From a phage, in sequence record PX441839.1: a stretch of 64,000 nucleotides of DNA; one strand, 5' to 3'. This document shows positions 27,659-35,519 of the stretch, one piece after another. The notes under the pieces are model-generated. The model saw nothing but the letters and a program-made list of their open reading frames with translations, was not told the origin of the DNA and did not search any database. A program made the position numbers and the translations under genes. Each line of letters starts with the position of its first letter. Within the stretch, counting starts at the first letter, position 1.

Positions 27659-28858
27659 TTACAGGACATAAATCACGTGGTTAGGATATTGAAGCCCTAC
27701 CGGAGCGAAGGGGATGTCATCATCGAAATCCATAACATCTGGGGTGTAGTCCAGATGACCATCATCGCTTACCGGAACTTGAGGATTAGTATCCTGAGGT
27801 TTTTGTTCCAGTTGAGGTTCAGGGGCTTTTTCTGGAGACGCGTCTTTCCGAACAAGGTCTTCTGTCGCATTGATGAATCGGAAGGTTGTTTCCACATTCT
27901 CAATAAACTGATCAATACCTTCTTGACTGTGTCGAGCAGCCAAGATACCGGATTGGCCCAGACGAGCACCAAACGCATAATCATCCATACCTTTGAACTC
28001 TTCCCGCAGCTTGGCCTTGATGGTATCCATAGCTTTCAGAACCTGCACCACAATAATTTGCTGATCGACGATAGCTGCATTTGGGAACATTGCATCTGTG
28101 ATAGTCAGTGCGTTGCCTAAACGAATCGGCAAGTCATCCTTTCCACCTTTACGGGAACCACCTGCACCACCTGCACCTTTTGGACCATAAGCCTTGAAAG
28201 CACTGATTGAACCATCAGCCGCCCGCTGACCAGCCAAACGACCACCCTCTTGGATCTGGGAGAGTTGCTCGTCTGACAGCTTAACGGTAACATCGCCATT
28301 ATCTGTCTTCACTACAACGTCTGAGCCGCTCACAGAGACGATTTCTCCGTAAACCTTAGTGGTTGCACCACCTGCACCTTGAGAGCCTCCCTGAGGTGTC
28401 TGAGAGCCTTGCGGAGCTACATCTCGAGCACCAGATGCATCGGTAATTTTAATTTTGTTCTTTTTACCCTCGGTGGAGGTTCGTTCATTACCCTCTCGGT
28501 CTTTGTAATATTTAACCTGCACTGGTAGACGAATCTTCATGCCTGGTTTAAGGCTTACATATTTGTCACCTTCTTTGATCTGGAACTGATCTTCGTATTT
28601 CAAGTTCTTAACTTCACCTTCTCCAAAAGAGATCCAAGCTGAATCTTCACCTTCTTTCAACAGGATAGAATAGCGATGGGTAGACTTGATAGTCTTACCT
28701 GCATTTGGACCCTTGTTGATGTGGGTGATTTTAGGACTACCGTCCTCATTGATACGTTTGATATTGATACGTTCAATTGTTCCAGCGGCGACGTGTACAG
28801 TCACATCATTAACAGCATCATAAACAGAGTTAACAACTTGAATTTTAACTTCGGACAT
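27659..28858 (-). CDS. hypothetical protein (Gly-rich linkers; internal DDDIPF motif)
   Basis: 399 aa; contains DFDDDIPF, which resembles the SSB acidic tail motif but is not at the C-terminus; function unassigned. Confidence 0.55.
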   Translation of the reverse strand: MSEVKIQVVNSVYDAVNDVTVHVAAGTIERINIKRINEDGSPKITHINKGPNAGKTIKSTHRYSILLKEGEDSAWISFGEGEVKNLKYEDQFQIKEGDKYVSLKPGMKIRLPVQVKYYKDREGNERTSTEGKKNKIKITDASGARDVAPQGSQTPQGGSQGAGGATTKVYGEIVSVSGSDVVVKTDNGDVTVKLSDEQLSQIQEGGRLAGQRAADGSISAFKAYGPKGAGGAGGSRKGGKDDLPIRLGNALTITDAMFPNAAIVDQQIIVVQVLKAMDTIKAKLREEFKGMDDYAFGARLGQSGILAARHSQEGIDQFIENVETTFRFINATEDLVRKDASPEKAPEPQLEQKPQDTNPQVPVSDDGHLDYTPDVMDFDDDIPFAPVGLQYPNHVIYVL

Positions 28859-28889
28859 TTATTTCTCCTTCGGAATTAAGCCTCGTTTG

Positions 28890-28925
28890 AGGCCGGAACA
28901 ACATATTATCACAAATACTTAGATT
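28890..28925 (-). promoter_or_regulatory. putative promoter (TTGCAA ... TGaTAATAT) for the 27659..28858 gene
   Basis: Minus-strand TTGCAA, about 16-nt spacer, TG-extended TAATAT upstream of the AAGGAG RBS. Confidence 0.35.
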
Positions 28926-28931
28926 TGCAAC

Positions 28932-29306
28932 TTACAAGTAGACACGTTGGACTTCTTTGTCTGCCTTTTCGAACATCATGTTTGCCATGTTAATATCCTT
29001 GATCACCACCTCTGTAATCTCGTCCGGACGAAAAGCCTTAAGTGACCGTTTAAAGATGATAGTCGGATCTTCACATGGATCACCTGATGTGTCAAACAAT
29101 TTCACCAGCATCTTAACAGGAACTTGACAAGACACCTTTCCCCCATAGTTGATTGCATACGCTGCGCCGACCTCTGCCTGACGGTCTCCCAGTTCATACA
29201 CCAAATTCAGGTTTACATATTTACAACCTTGACCTGCCGTTATGTTCTTTGTTGCAGAGATGCAGTTCCAACCTGGTTCAATAAAGGTGTTGTCAAAAAT
29301 GCTCAT
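28932..29306 (-). CDS. hypothetical protein
   Basis: Start moved to the ATG of MSIFDNTF (AAGGAG RBS lies inside the longer track ORF). Confidence 0.5.
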   Translation of the reverse strand: MSIFDNTFIEPGWNCISATKNITAGQGCKYVNLNLVYELGDRQAEVGAAYAINYGGKVSCQVPVKMLVKLFDTSGDPCEDPTIIFKRSLKAFRPDEITEVVIKDINMANMMFEKADKEVQRVYL

Positions 29307-29371
29307 GGTGAAATCTCCTTTCATTAAGTTATGGGTCTATTATATAAGACCCACCTCAATTAAGTCAACAC

Positions 29372-29728
29372 TTAAATACTTTTCTCAAAGCCTTCCGCTT
29401 GGAAGTAGGCTGTTTTCTCAGAGGTCTCAATTGAGAAACTTACCTGGGACAGTTCAGCAGCCAAGTGAGCAGCAATCTGTTTTGCCATGTGGACAATCAT
29501 ACCTTCTTCTTTTGGGAAGCGAGGGTACTGGATAAGTCGCACAGTAAACCCCTTTTCCATCCCTCCCGTATAGATATAGTCAGTTTTAGTAAGCTGAATA
29601 CATCCTCGCTCCGCATGGGTAAGGTACTTCCTAAGAATATGACGAGCAAAGTCAATATCCCCTGCCATGTGGATCGTCACATAGAATGTTTTCTCGGTTG
29701 CCTTTTGAACGAAATTTACATTAGCCAC
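29372..29728 (-). CDS. hypothetical protein
   Basis: 118 aa; GTG start immediately after the upstream TAA. Confidence 0.5.
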   Translation of the reverse strand: MANVNFVQKATEKTFYVTIHMAGDIDFARHILRKYLTHAERGCIQLTKTDYIYTGGMEKGFTVRLIQYPRFPKEEGMIVHMAKQIAAHLAAELSQVSFSIETSEKTAYFQAEGFEKSI

Positions 29729-30112
29729 TTATTTTCTCCCCTTCTTACGGTGATAAACTCCACGTTTGGACAGAGGAATTTCCTCTGCATCTCTTCCATC
29801 AACACCATCTTCACCAGGTTCACCTTGAGGACCCATTGGACCTGCTGGTCCCATTGGCCCCATAGGTCCTACAGGTCCAGTGACAACACGAATGTCTTTA
29901 GGTTTGTACAGAGAATAACCCAAGCATCCAAACCAACCGATAAGTGTAATTACGCTCGGAGGCAAAAGGAAGAAGATAACAGTAAAGACAGAGATCATCC
30001 ACTTATTCCTGTGATCCTTCTTCCATGCGATAATTATTGGGGAAAAACTAATTGCCAATAAAATTAACAGAAAAACAAGACCGAGAGTGATGGCAGCTTC
30101 TGCAATTATCAT
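29729..30112 (-). CDS. membrane protein with C-terminal collagen-like repeat
   Basis: Two hydrophobic helices, then VTGPVGPMGPMGPAGPMGPQGEPGEDGVDG (about 9 Gly-X-Y triplets). Confidence 0.55.
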   Translation of the reverse strand: MIIAEAAITLGLVFLLILLAISFSPIIIAWKKDHRNKWMISVFTVIFFLLPPSVITLIGWFGCLGYSLYKPKDIRVVTGPVGPMGPMGPAGPMGPQGEPGEDGVDGRDAEEIPLSKRGVYHRKKGRK

Positions 30113-30390
30113 TAACGAAGACCCTCTTTGATTTTAAGTTCAATCAACCCTGCATCCAGGGTATACATGTATCCAGTGTTATCCCGAAAGTAACAAAGGA
30201 CTCCCTTGGGTTCGGATTTTCTTACTATGACCCGACCCCTTTGATAACCAGGTTGTGTTTCACAAACCTTGTACAGTTCCTGAATACGGGAAGGCAGAAT
30301 AGTATGAGAATTCTTGTACTTATCCTCACCTTCTTCCAGACACCCTGTCAAAAGTACAGAGCACAGTAGTGCAATAATTAACTTTTTCAT
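30112..30390 (-). CDS. putative lipoprotein
   Basis: Start at MKKLIIALLCSVLLTGC (signal peptide with lipobox LTGC); ATGA overlap with the upstream small ORF. Confidence 0.6.
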   Translation of the reverse strand: MKKLIIALLCSVLLTGCLEEGEDKYKNSHTILPSRIQELYKVCETQPGYQRGRVIVRKSEPKGVLCYFRDNTGYMYTLDAGLIELKIKEGLR

Positions 30391-30563
30391 GCGCAGAATG
30401 CCGCCACAATTAGTGAAAAGGGCCACACGATCCCGAAAATTACAGAGGGTCCTTTGTCAATTCTGCAAAATCGACGATAGAATAGTCGCCCTGCTCCAAC
30501 ACTGATCAGGATATAGAGTAAAGATACAAGTAACTCAAGTGCATATAATGTTAAAAAATTCAT
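30387..30563 (-). CDS. small two-helix membrane protein (not in the ORF track; holin-like topology)
   Basis: 58-aa ORF MNFLTLYALELLVSLLYILISVGAGRLFYRRFCRIDKGPSVIFGIVWPFSLIVAAFCA; AAGGA RBS; stop overlaps the lipoprotein start. Confidence 0.45.
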   Translation of the reverse strand: MNFLTLYALELLVSLLYILISVGAGRLFYRRFCRIDKGPSVIFGIVWPFSLIVAAFCA

Positions 30564-30565
30564 AA

Positions 30566-30943
30566 TCAGATTCCTTTTCTTTCTCTGCGTTTACGGCGGA
30601 TATCCTCTTCAACCTCTACCTCAGCCTTGTCGATAATCTCGTATACGGACGGAACTGATTCAGATGGGGAAAACATCTTGTGCAGGTTCCTGACCATCAT
30701 TACCAACTTCCCCCTTACCTTGAAATCATATCTCCAAGATCTAAAGTGGAAGCAATCATGACGCCATTGGAACATATAGCATATCTCTTTTGCACGGTTA
30801 CGAGTAACACCCAGTAAGTTTGCAAACTCTCCATGAGGATCTCCATTTGGATCTCCAAGAATATATGCTGTTGCCCAATGCTTCTTCGCCAAGTTGTACT
30901 CTTCAACCGTCATGTTTACTTTCGTGTTCATATTGCCCTCCAA
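30566..30943 (-). CDS. hypothetical protein
   Basis: 125-aa ORF, co-oriented and tightly packed. Confidence 0.5.
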   Translation of the reverse strand: MEGNMNTKVNMTVEEYNLAKKHWATAYILGDPNGDPHGEFANLLGVTRNRAKEICYMFQWRHDCFHFRSWRYDFKVRGKLVMMVRNLHKMFSPSESVPSVYEIIDKAEVEVEEDIRRKRRERKGI

Positions 30944-30995
30944 GATACTCTACTCCAAGATTATGGGGAGTATAACGCCCCTTGTCAACAATTAC

Positions 30996-31592
30996 TTAAT
31001 CACAACTGCAAGATGACCCTGAGTCACAGGAAGAATAGCTGTCTGAACCACCGTAGCTGGACGAAGAACTATACGATGAAGTGTAGTTGCAATTGTCATC
31101 ACTGCGGTAAGAACTTGAACCAGACGTCACGATTGCAGTGGAAATACCTGCAACGGTGGCGATATTCAAAATATCATCACTATCCTGGTGAACTGGACGA
31201 GATGGACTTGAAACCGACATTGGACGACCATTTGATCGTGACCGCTTAATGAACTCTTTCTTCGCCTTAGGTGGTAATTTACGACCTTTGGCGTAAGCTG
31301 GGAGTTCAACTTCTTTCAGTTTATCATTCAGAGTCTTACCCTGTTTAATTACAACTTTGGAATCATCCTGTACGATCTCCGCGACCTTGACAGTGTTCTC
31401 TTTGGTATTGACTGCTGTGACCACCTCTTTGTCACCCAGAGGCTTGTCGATAGGTTTGGTTCCCACTTCAACCATTCGAACATTAACATTGGTAGGTTGT
31501 TTACTGATGTATTCATCAACCTTCACTTCGTCAATTTCAACCTTGGAGGAAGAGAACAGACCTTTAAACCAAGATACCAGCTTCTTAAACAT
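30996..31592 (-). CDS. hypothetical protein with Ser-rich C-terminus
   Basis: 198 aa; C-terminal low-complexity S/Y/G/C/D tail. Confidence 0.5.
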   Translation of the reverse strand: MFKKLVSWFKGLFSSSKVEIDEVKVDEYISKQPTNVNVRMVEVGTKPIDKPLGDKEVVTAVNTKENTVKVAEIVQDDSKVVIKQGKTLNDKLKEVELPAYAKGRKLPPKAKKEFIKRSRSNGRPMSVSSPSRPVHQDSDDILNIATVAGISTAIVTSGSSSYRSDDNCNYTSSYSSSSSYGGSDSYSSCDSGSSCSCD

Positions 31593-31602
31593 ATTGTTTC
31601 TC

Positions 31603-31824
31603 CTATTCGCTAATGACTACTAGTTGAGTAATTCCGATCAGACCTGCACTAAACAGATCGTCAATTGCAGCTTGCCCGTCAAGACCTTCTTCATAACATT
31701 CTTTGAGGGTATCATTGTCAAGCAGCCATTTGTTTGCCACGTCCTCTGACGTGAAGACCAAATCTTGCTGACCAATATCCCATTCAGACCAAATAGAGTA
31801 CATTATTTTGCACTCCCGTTCCAC
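31603..31824 (-). CDS. hypothetical protein
   Basis: 73-aa acidic ORF. Confidence 0.4.
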   Translation of the reverse strand: MERECKIMYSIWSEWDIGQQDLVFTSEDVANKWLLDNDTLKECYEEGLDGQAAIDDLFSAGLIGITQLVVISE

Positions 31825-31997
31825 ACTGCGTCCACAACACCCTTGAGTCCAACACTATCTACAGCTTGGATAAGCTCAACAGCGCCCCAAATCATCACAC
31901 CAATACCTACAACGGTCATCGCAAAAACAATACCGATACCGATCTTGATTGCATTTTTTGTCCGGTTAAAGGATTTGTTGAAATCTGAACTAATCAT
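31803..31997 (-). CDS. small membrane protein
   Basis: 64 aa with a hydrophobic helix (IGIGIVFAMTVVGIGVMIWGA). Confidence 0.4.
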   Translation of the reverse strand: MISSDFNKSFNRTKNAIKIGIGIVFAMTVVGIGVMIWGAVELIQAVDSVGLKGVVDAVWNGSAK

Positions 31998-32327
31998 TTA
32001 ATATCTCCCATTATCAAATTCATTTCTTGCCCATTGGACTGCCTTTATGAGCACATCTCCGTGACAAGGTTGCGGTGAGCAGAAGCAGACTAGGTCTTTG
32101 CCCTCCAACTCAAGAAGATCACCAATTGTTATTCTACCTTCTTTTATCTGAGTCCACAACCACTTTCTGTATCTTTCGATTGTGGCCCCTCTCGGCTCAT
32201 CATTTGACAATTTGAAAGGGTTGGCAAATCTCGATTGGAGTAGCCCGAAGTGGGGCATTCTCCTCCCGATATAAACTGCATTCTCTGGTATGACCTTCCC
32301 TAAGTGGTAGAAGTTCAATACCTTCAT
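31998..32327 (-). CDS. DUF4326-like protein
   Basis: Start at internal ATG (MKVLNFYHLGK) with GAAGG RBS; motifs AVYIGRR, FANPF, RYRKWLW, LVCFCSPQPCHGDVL recalled as typical of DUF4326. Confidence 0.5.
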   Translation of the reverse strand: MKVLNFYHLGKVIPENAVYIGRRMPHFGLLQSRFANPFKLSNDEPRGATIERYRKWLWTQIKEGRITIGDLLELEGKDLVCFCSPQPCHGDVLIKAVQWARNEFDNGRY

Positions 32328-32328
32328 A

Positions 32329-32664
32329 TTACTTACCTTCACGGTCCTTGTCAATAATTTTCTGTGCCAGATCGGATAGCTTGTTGCCAATGAATGGCAT
32401 CTTGTCCAGCAATTTTGTGGATTTTCTCTCCAGATCATAAAATAGGTCAGTGGCCTTGTCGAAGATCCATCCTCCAAACTTACCGATATAAACAAAGACA
32501 AGGGCCAGTGTCCTATGGGGATTAATAACCAGCAAGGCAAAGAGTAAACCTGCCATCTTACTGTGGAATTTGACCTCTTTCCAAAAATGTTTTAACTTAG
32601 TCACCATATAGTTGAGTCTCCGGAATAATATCTTCAATAGAGTCGTCCCAAACAACACAGCCAT
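32329..32664 (-). CDS. hypothetical membrane-associated protein
   Basis: ORF with a hydrophobic segment (MAGLLFALLVINP...); exact start uncertain. Confidence 0.4.
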   Translation of the reverse strand: MAVLFGTTLLKILFRRLNYMVTKLKHFWKEVKFHSKMAGLLFALLVINPHRTLALVFVYIGKFGGWIFDKATDLFYDLERKSTKLLDKMPFIGNKLSDLAQKIIDKDREGK

Positions 32665-32998
32665 AATGTCGGTACGGGTTCTCTCCGTAAGTGTTTGGCG
32701 ACACCCAAACTTTGTTTATGTCTGCTGTAACAAGGTTTCCCTTATCTACGTGCATGTAGAAGTGACGGTAAACGGGGATTGGGGTGATTTCCCCTTTCCC
32801 GCTATCACAGCACCAAACTTGATGCTCTTTCAGTTCAACGGGATCTTCATCTTCGTCAATGGACAGTTGTAGGTCAGGGTAGAATCGTAAAATTCGCATT
32901 TCTGCATCTTCTACGGACAACCCATCCAATGAGTTCAGAAACTCCTCGAAATCATCCATTGCTTTTTCATTAATGGATGGACACTGTTCACTCATCAT
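32597..32998 (-). CDS. hypothetical acidic protein
   Basis: Start set at internal Met (MMSEQ) to avoid a 62-nt overlap. Confidence 0.45.
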   Translation of the reverse strand: MMSEQCPSINEKAMDDFEEFLNSLDGLSVEDAEMRILRFYPDLQLSIDEDEDPVELKEHQVWCCDSGKGEITPIPVYRHFYMHVDKGNLVTADINKVWVSPNTYGENPYRHYGCVVWDDSIEDIIPETQLYGD

Positions 32999-33428
32999 CT
33001 TCTTCCTTGCTCCCCTCGACCTTCGTGAATGAATACTCTGTACGTACAACCTCTTTGGAGGTCATGTTTACATAGTAGGCGTACTCCATCCAGTCAATCT
33101 CTTCTGGATTGCCGTGTTTTCCGCCGCCGTACCAATATGTCCAAGATACCCAACCGAACGGTGTTTCACGGGCAACTTGATCACTTTCATAATGGCGACT
33201 CATTTCTGGGAGAAGATTGGTTACAATTCCTGAGCTTCGGAAATCGTATTGAACTTCCCACAGGCTATCTCCATCCACACCCTCAAACTCATTATCTTCA
33301 ACCTTATCCCAGAGTTCGGCAATAGCTTCTTGGTTCATATTACGGATATCTTCCCGTGATACAATACCCTCTAAAACCTCTGCAAGAATTTCTGCACGGA
33401 TTGCGTATTCAGCGGTAACTTTACTCAT
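32988..33428 (-). CDS. hypothetical protein
   Basis: 146-aa ORF. Confidence 0.5.
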   Translation of the reverse strand: MSKVTAEYAIRAEILAEVLEGIVSREDIRNMNQEAIAELWDKVEDNEFEGVDGDSLWEVQYDFRSSGIVTNLLPEMSRHYESDQVARETPFGWVSWTYWYGGGKHGNPEEIDWMEYAYYVNMTSKEVVRTEYSFTKVEGSKEEDDE

Positions 33429-33441
33429 TTTATCTCCTCAA

Positions 33442-33663
33442 TTAAAAGTCAAACTGCTTTGTCAACTTCGCCATAGATTTCTTGTATGAGGGGTGCAGTC
33501 GATAATTACACCCCTTCTCCACACACCAGTCGCTCGCCTTGTTTCTAAGAGCAATTAAGCCGCACCAAGCGCAAACTTGCTTACCTGCATTTTTGTCCAG
33601 ATAGAAGTGGTGACGCTCGTAATGGTATTCTTCCTTCTGGCTCTTGTCAATCTTTTTTACCAT
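33442..33663 (-). CDS. small Cys-rich (zinc-ribbon-like) protein
   Basis: 73 aa with CAWCG ... C..EKGC Cys pairs. Confidence 0.45.
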   Translation of the reverse strand: MVKKIDKSQKEEYHYERHHFYLDKNAGKQVCAWCGLIALRNKASDWCVEKGCNYRLHPSYKKSMAKLTKQFDF

Positions 33664-34325
33664 CCGAATTTCTCCGTTGGAAGGTAAACCTGTTGTTGGT
33701 TACGAAGAACCAAGCGTAGGTCTGTTTGAGGCTCAAGGTAGTCCGTCTCGGTCACACGAATAAGGTATCGCCAACCTGGAGCACGGGCTTGCTGTGCCGT
33801 GTGGATTTCCCACCAATCCCATTCAACAACCTGACCATCAGGTGCGTTGTAAGCGTCAATAAACCCTTGCTGTTCCATCTCTGCGACTTGAGAACTTATA
33901 CCCGCATAAAGGTTTGGAACATCAACGTTAAGGTTCAAGTTACGACTGTGGATAAACTTCGTAGGGCAATCCCCACCCACAACCAAAAGATGATACCTCG
34001 GCGAAGATGCTTGCTCCTGCATGTGGATATTGGGTTCACCTTTTGCAGGGGACATCTTTCCACCACGAGGGACACCATCCGTATGCCAACCAGGGATGGC
34101 GGGAATCATACCCGGCATGAGCATATGGGTCTTTACGTCCACCACAATATGTTTTCGATCACCGTGCAGATTCATGGCTTGTAATGCTGCTCTTGTTAAG
34201 TCCCCTCCGAAACGAAAGGCGTCATCAAAAGATGCATTCCAAAGACCTTGTGTGTTCTTAATATCATCCTGTGAGGGTTTTTCAATTTTGTTTCCGAATT
34301 TTACTACACCACGGTTAAATTTCAT
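33657..34325 (-). CDS. hypothetical protein (possible 2OG-Fe(II)/PhyH-like oxygenase)
   Basis: Contains WHTDG, reminiscent of the HxD iron-binding motif of PhyH-type dioxygenases; weak, motif-only. Confidence 0.4.
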   Translation of the reverse strand: MKFNRGVVKFGNKIEKPSQDDIKNTQGLWNASFDDAFRFGGDLTRAALQAMNLHGDRKHIVVDVKTHMLMPGMIPAIPGWHTDGVPRGGKMSPAKGEPNIHMQEQASSPRYHLLVVGGDCPTKFIHSRNLNLNVDVPNLYAGISSQVAEMEQQGFIDAYNAPDGQVVEWDWWEIHTAQQARAPGWRYLIRVTETDYLEPQTDLRLVLRNQQQVYLPTEKFGW

Positions 34326-34557
34326 CTTTTCCTCCAAATATCGCACAAGCTAGTGATTTATCTATGTGGCCCATTACATTGTGGCCTTCTTTCTTTAAGC
34401 ATTTGCTGCATATTCTGTAGATATTAGACTCTTTTGACGAAGGTGTCAAGTGGGCAGGTGTGTCATGCTCCCTTACAAAATGGACAACTTCGGTTATATG
34501 CCATTGGTGGCTACATACTTTTTTCTTTTGACGTTTAAAGGGCCACATATTAACCAC
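34315..34557 (-). CDS. small Cys/His-rich protein
   Basis: 80 aa with C..W.H ... CSKC motifs. Confidence 0.4.
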   Translation of the reverse strand: MVNMWPFKRQKKKVCSHQWHITEVVHFVREHDTPAHLTPSSKESNIYRICSKCLKKEGHNVMGHIDKSLACAIFGGKDEI

Positions 34558-34735
34558 CTATCAACTTAAAGCTGCCATATACAGACGTTTCGAAGACAAC
34601 CTGAGTTTGAACACCCTCATCGTTGATTACTTCAACCATCTTCTTGTTTGGAGACATGACGAGGATCTTGTATTCCTTACCAGTTGTGAATAATCCCCAA
34701 TCTGCATAGTGGCTGTTGGTGCATAAAAGCTTCAT
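34550..34735 (-). CDS. hypothetical protein
   Basis: 61-aa ORF in the co-oriented array. Confidence 0.4.
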   Translation of the reverse strand: MKLLCTNSHYADWGLFTTGKEYKILVMSPNKKMVEVINDEGVQTQVVFETSVYGSFKLIGG

Positions 34736-34739
34736 ATTC

Positions 34740-34958
34740 TTATACTCCTGGAGGTAAAGTTACGCCGCCTACGCTACGGCAGTTTCCCATACACTGGGTA
34801 TTTGAACGTGCCAGTTGTTCTTCCAGTTCGTCATTCTTGTGCTGTTGGTACGCCATGAATTGTAACATTTCCCACATCTTGTCCATTAGGTGGTCTTTCT
34901 TTAAAGTCTTCCAGTATTTACGGAAGGCCACTTCATCCTCTTTGGTTAATGGTTTCAT
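34740..34958 (-). CDS. hypothetical protein
   Basis: 72-aa ORF. Confidence 0.4.
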   Translation of the reverse strand: MKPLTKEDEVAFRKYWKTLKKDHLMDKMWEMLQFMAYQQHKNDELEEQLARSNTQCMGNCRSVGGVTLPPGV

Positions 34959-35062
34959 TTGTTATCCCTCTTTCGTTTGGTATGGGATCATTATGAGGGT
35001 TCTGAGCAAGGAAGTCAACACCTTTCTGCAAATAAAAAGGCCACCCGAAGGTGGCCTTAATT

Positions 35063-35455
35063 TTATTCCAGTTCTGCCAATTGTTTGCGGATTTCTTCCG
35101 GAGTTAATTTCTGTAACTCACGGGCCTCTGCATCTGCCAATTGCTGCAACAGAGCTTCACGCTTCTGTCGTTTTGCCGTTTCTTCCTGCTGTTTGGCAAT
35201 CTCCTCTTTGCGGACCTTGATCACATGTTTAACAATTTCCATCGCCAGTTCAAGGCGTTCGTCCACAGAAGTCTTGTCATCAACAAAAGATTTTTCCCCT
35301 GCGGCCTTGATTTGCTTGTCAACAGATACTGCGATGGAGTTCAGGCTAACATTGTTACCTTTCAGCGGAAGTTGCCATAAATCTTCAACGGTGATCAGGC
35401 CACGCTGGGTTTCAAAACGCAGTTTTGCACGGGATGCTTTTTCAAAAATAGACAT
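35063..35455 (-). CDS. hypothetical coiled-coil protein
   Basis: 130 aa, K/E/Q/A-rich helical C-terminal half. Confidence 0.5.
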   Translation of the reverse strand: MSIFEKASRAKLRFETQRGLITVEDLWQLPLKGNNVSLNSIAVSVDKQIKAAGEKSFVDDKTSVDERLELAMEIVKHVIKVRKEEIAKQQEETAKRQKREALLQQLADAEARELQKLTPEEIRKQLAELE

Positions 35456-35495
35456 ATTTGTTCTCCTCAGTAATAAGTGATTTCGTGTTAATTAT

Positions 35496-35511
35496 GGGGC
35501 CTTTCGGCCCC
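35496..35511 (-). terminator. GC hairpin without U-tract (possible terminator or processing site)
   Basis: GGGGCC-tttc-GGCCCC between the 35520..37538 gene and the 35063..35455 gene. Confidence 0.35.
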
Positions 35512-35519
35512 GTTGTCAA

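Noticed and set aside
30391-30565. tRNA or small RNA gene in the apparent 175-nt intergenic gap
   Set aside because: No cloverleaf or T-loop (GTTCGA-type) signature; the gap is fully accounted for by a 58-aa membrane ORF with an RBS.
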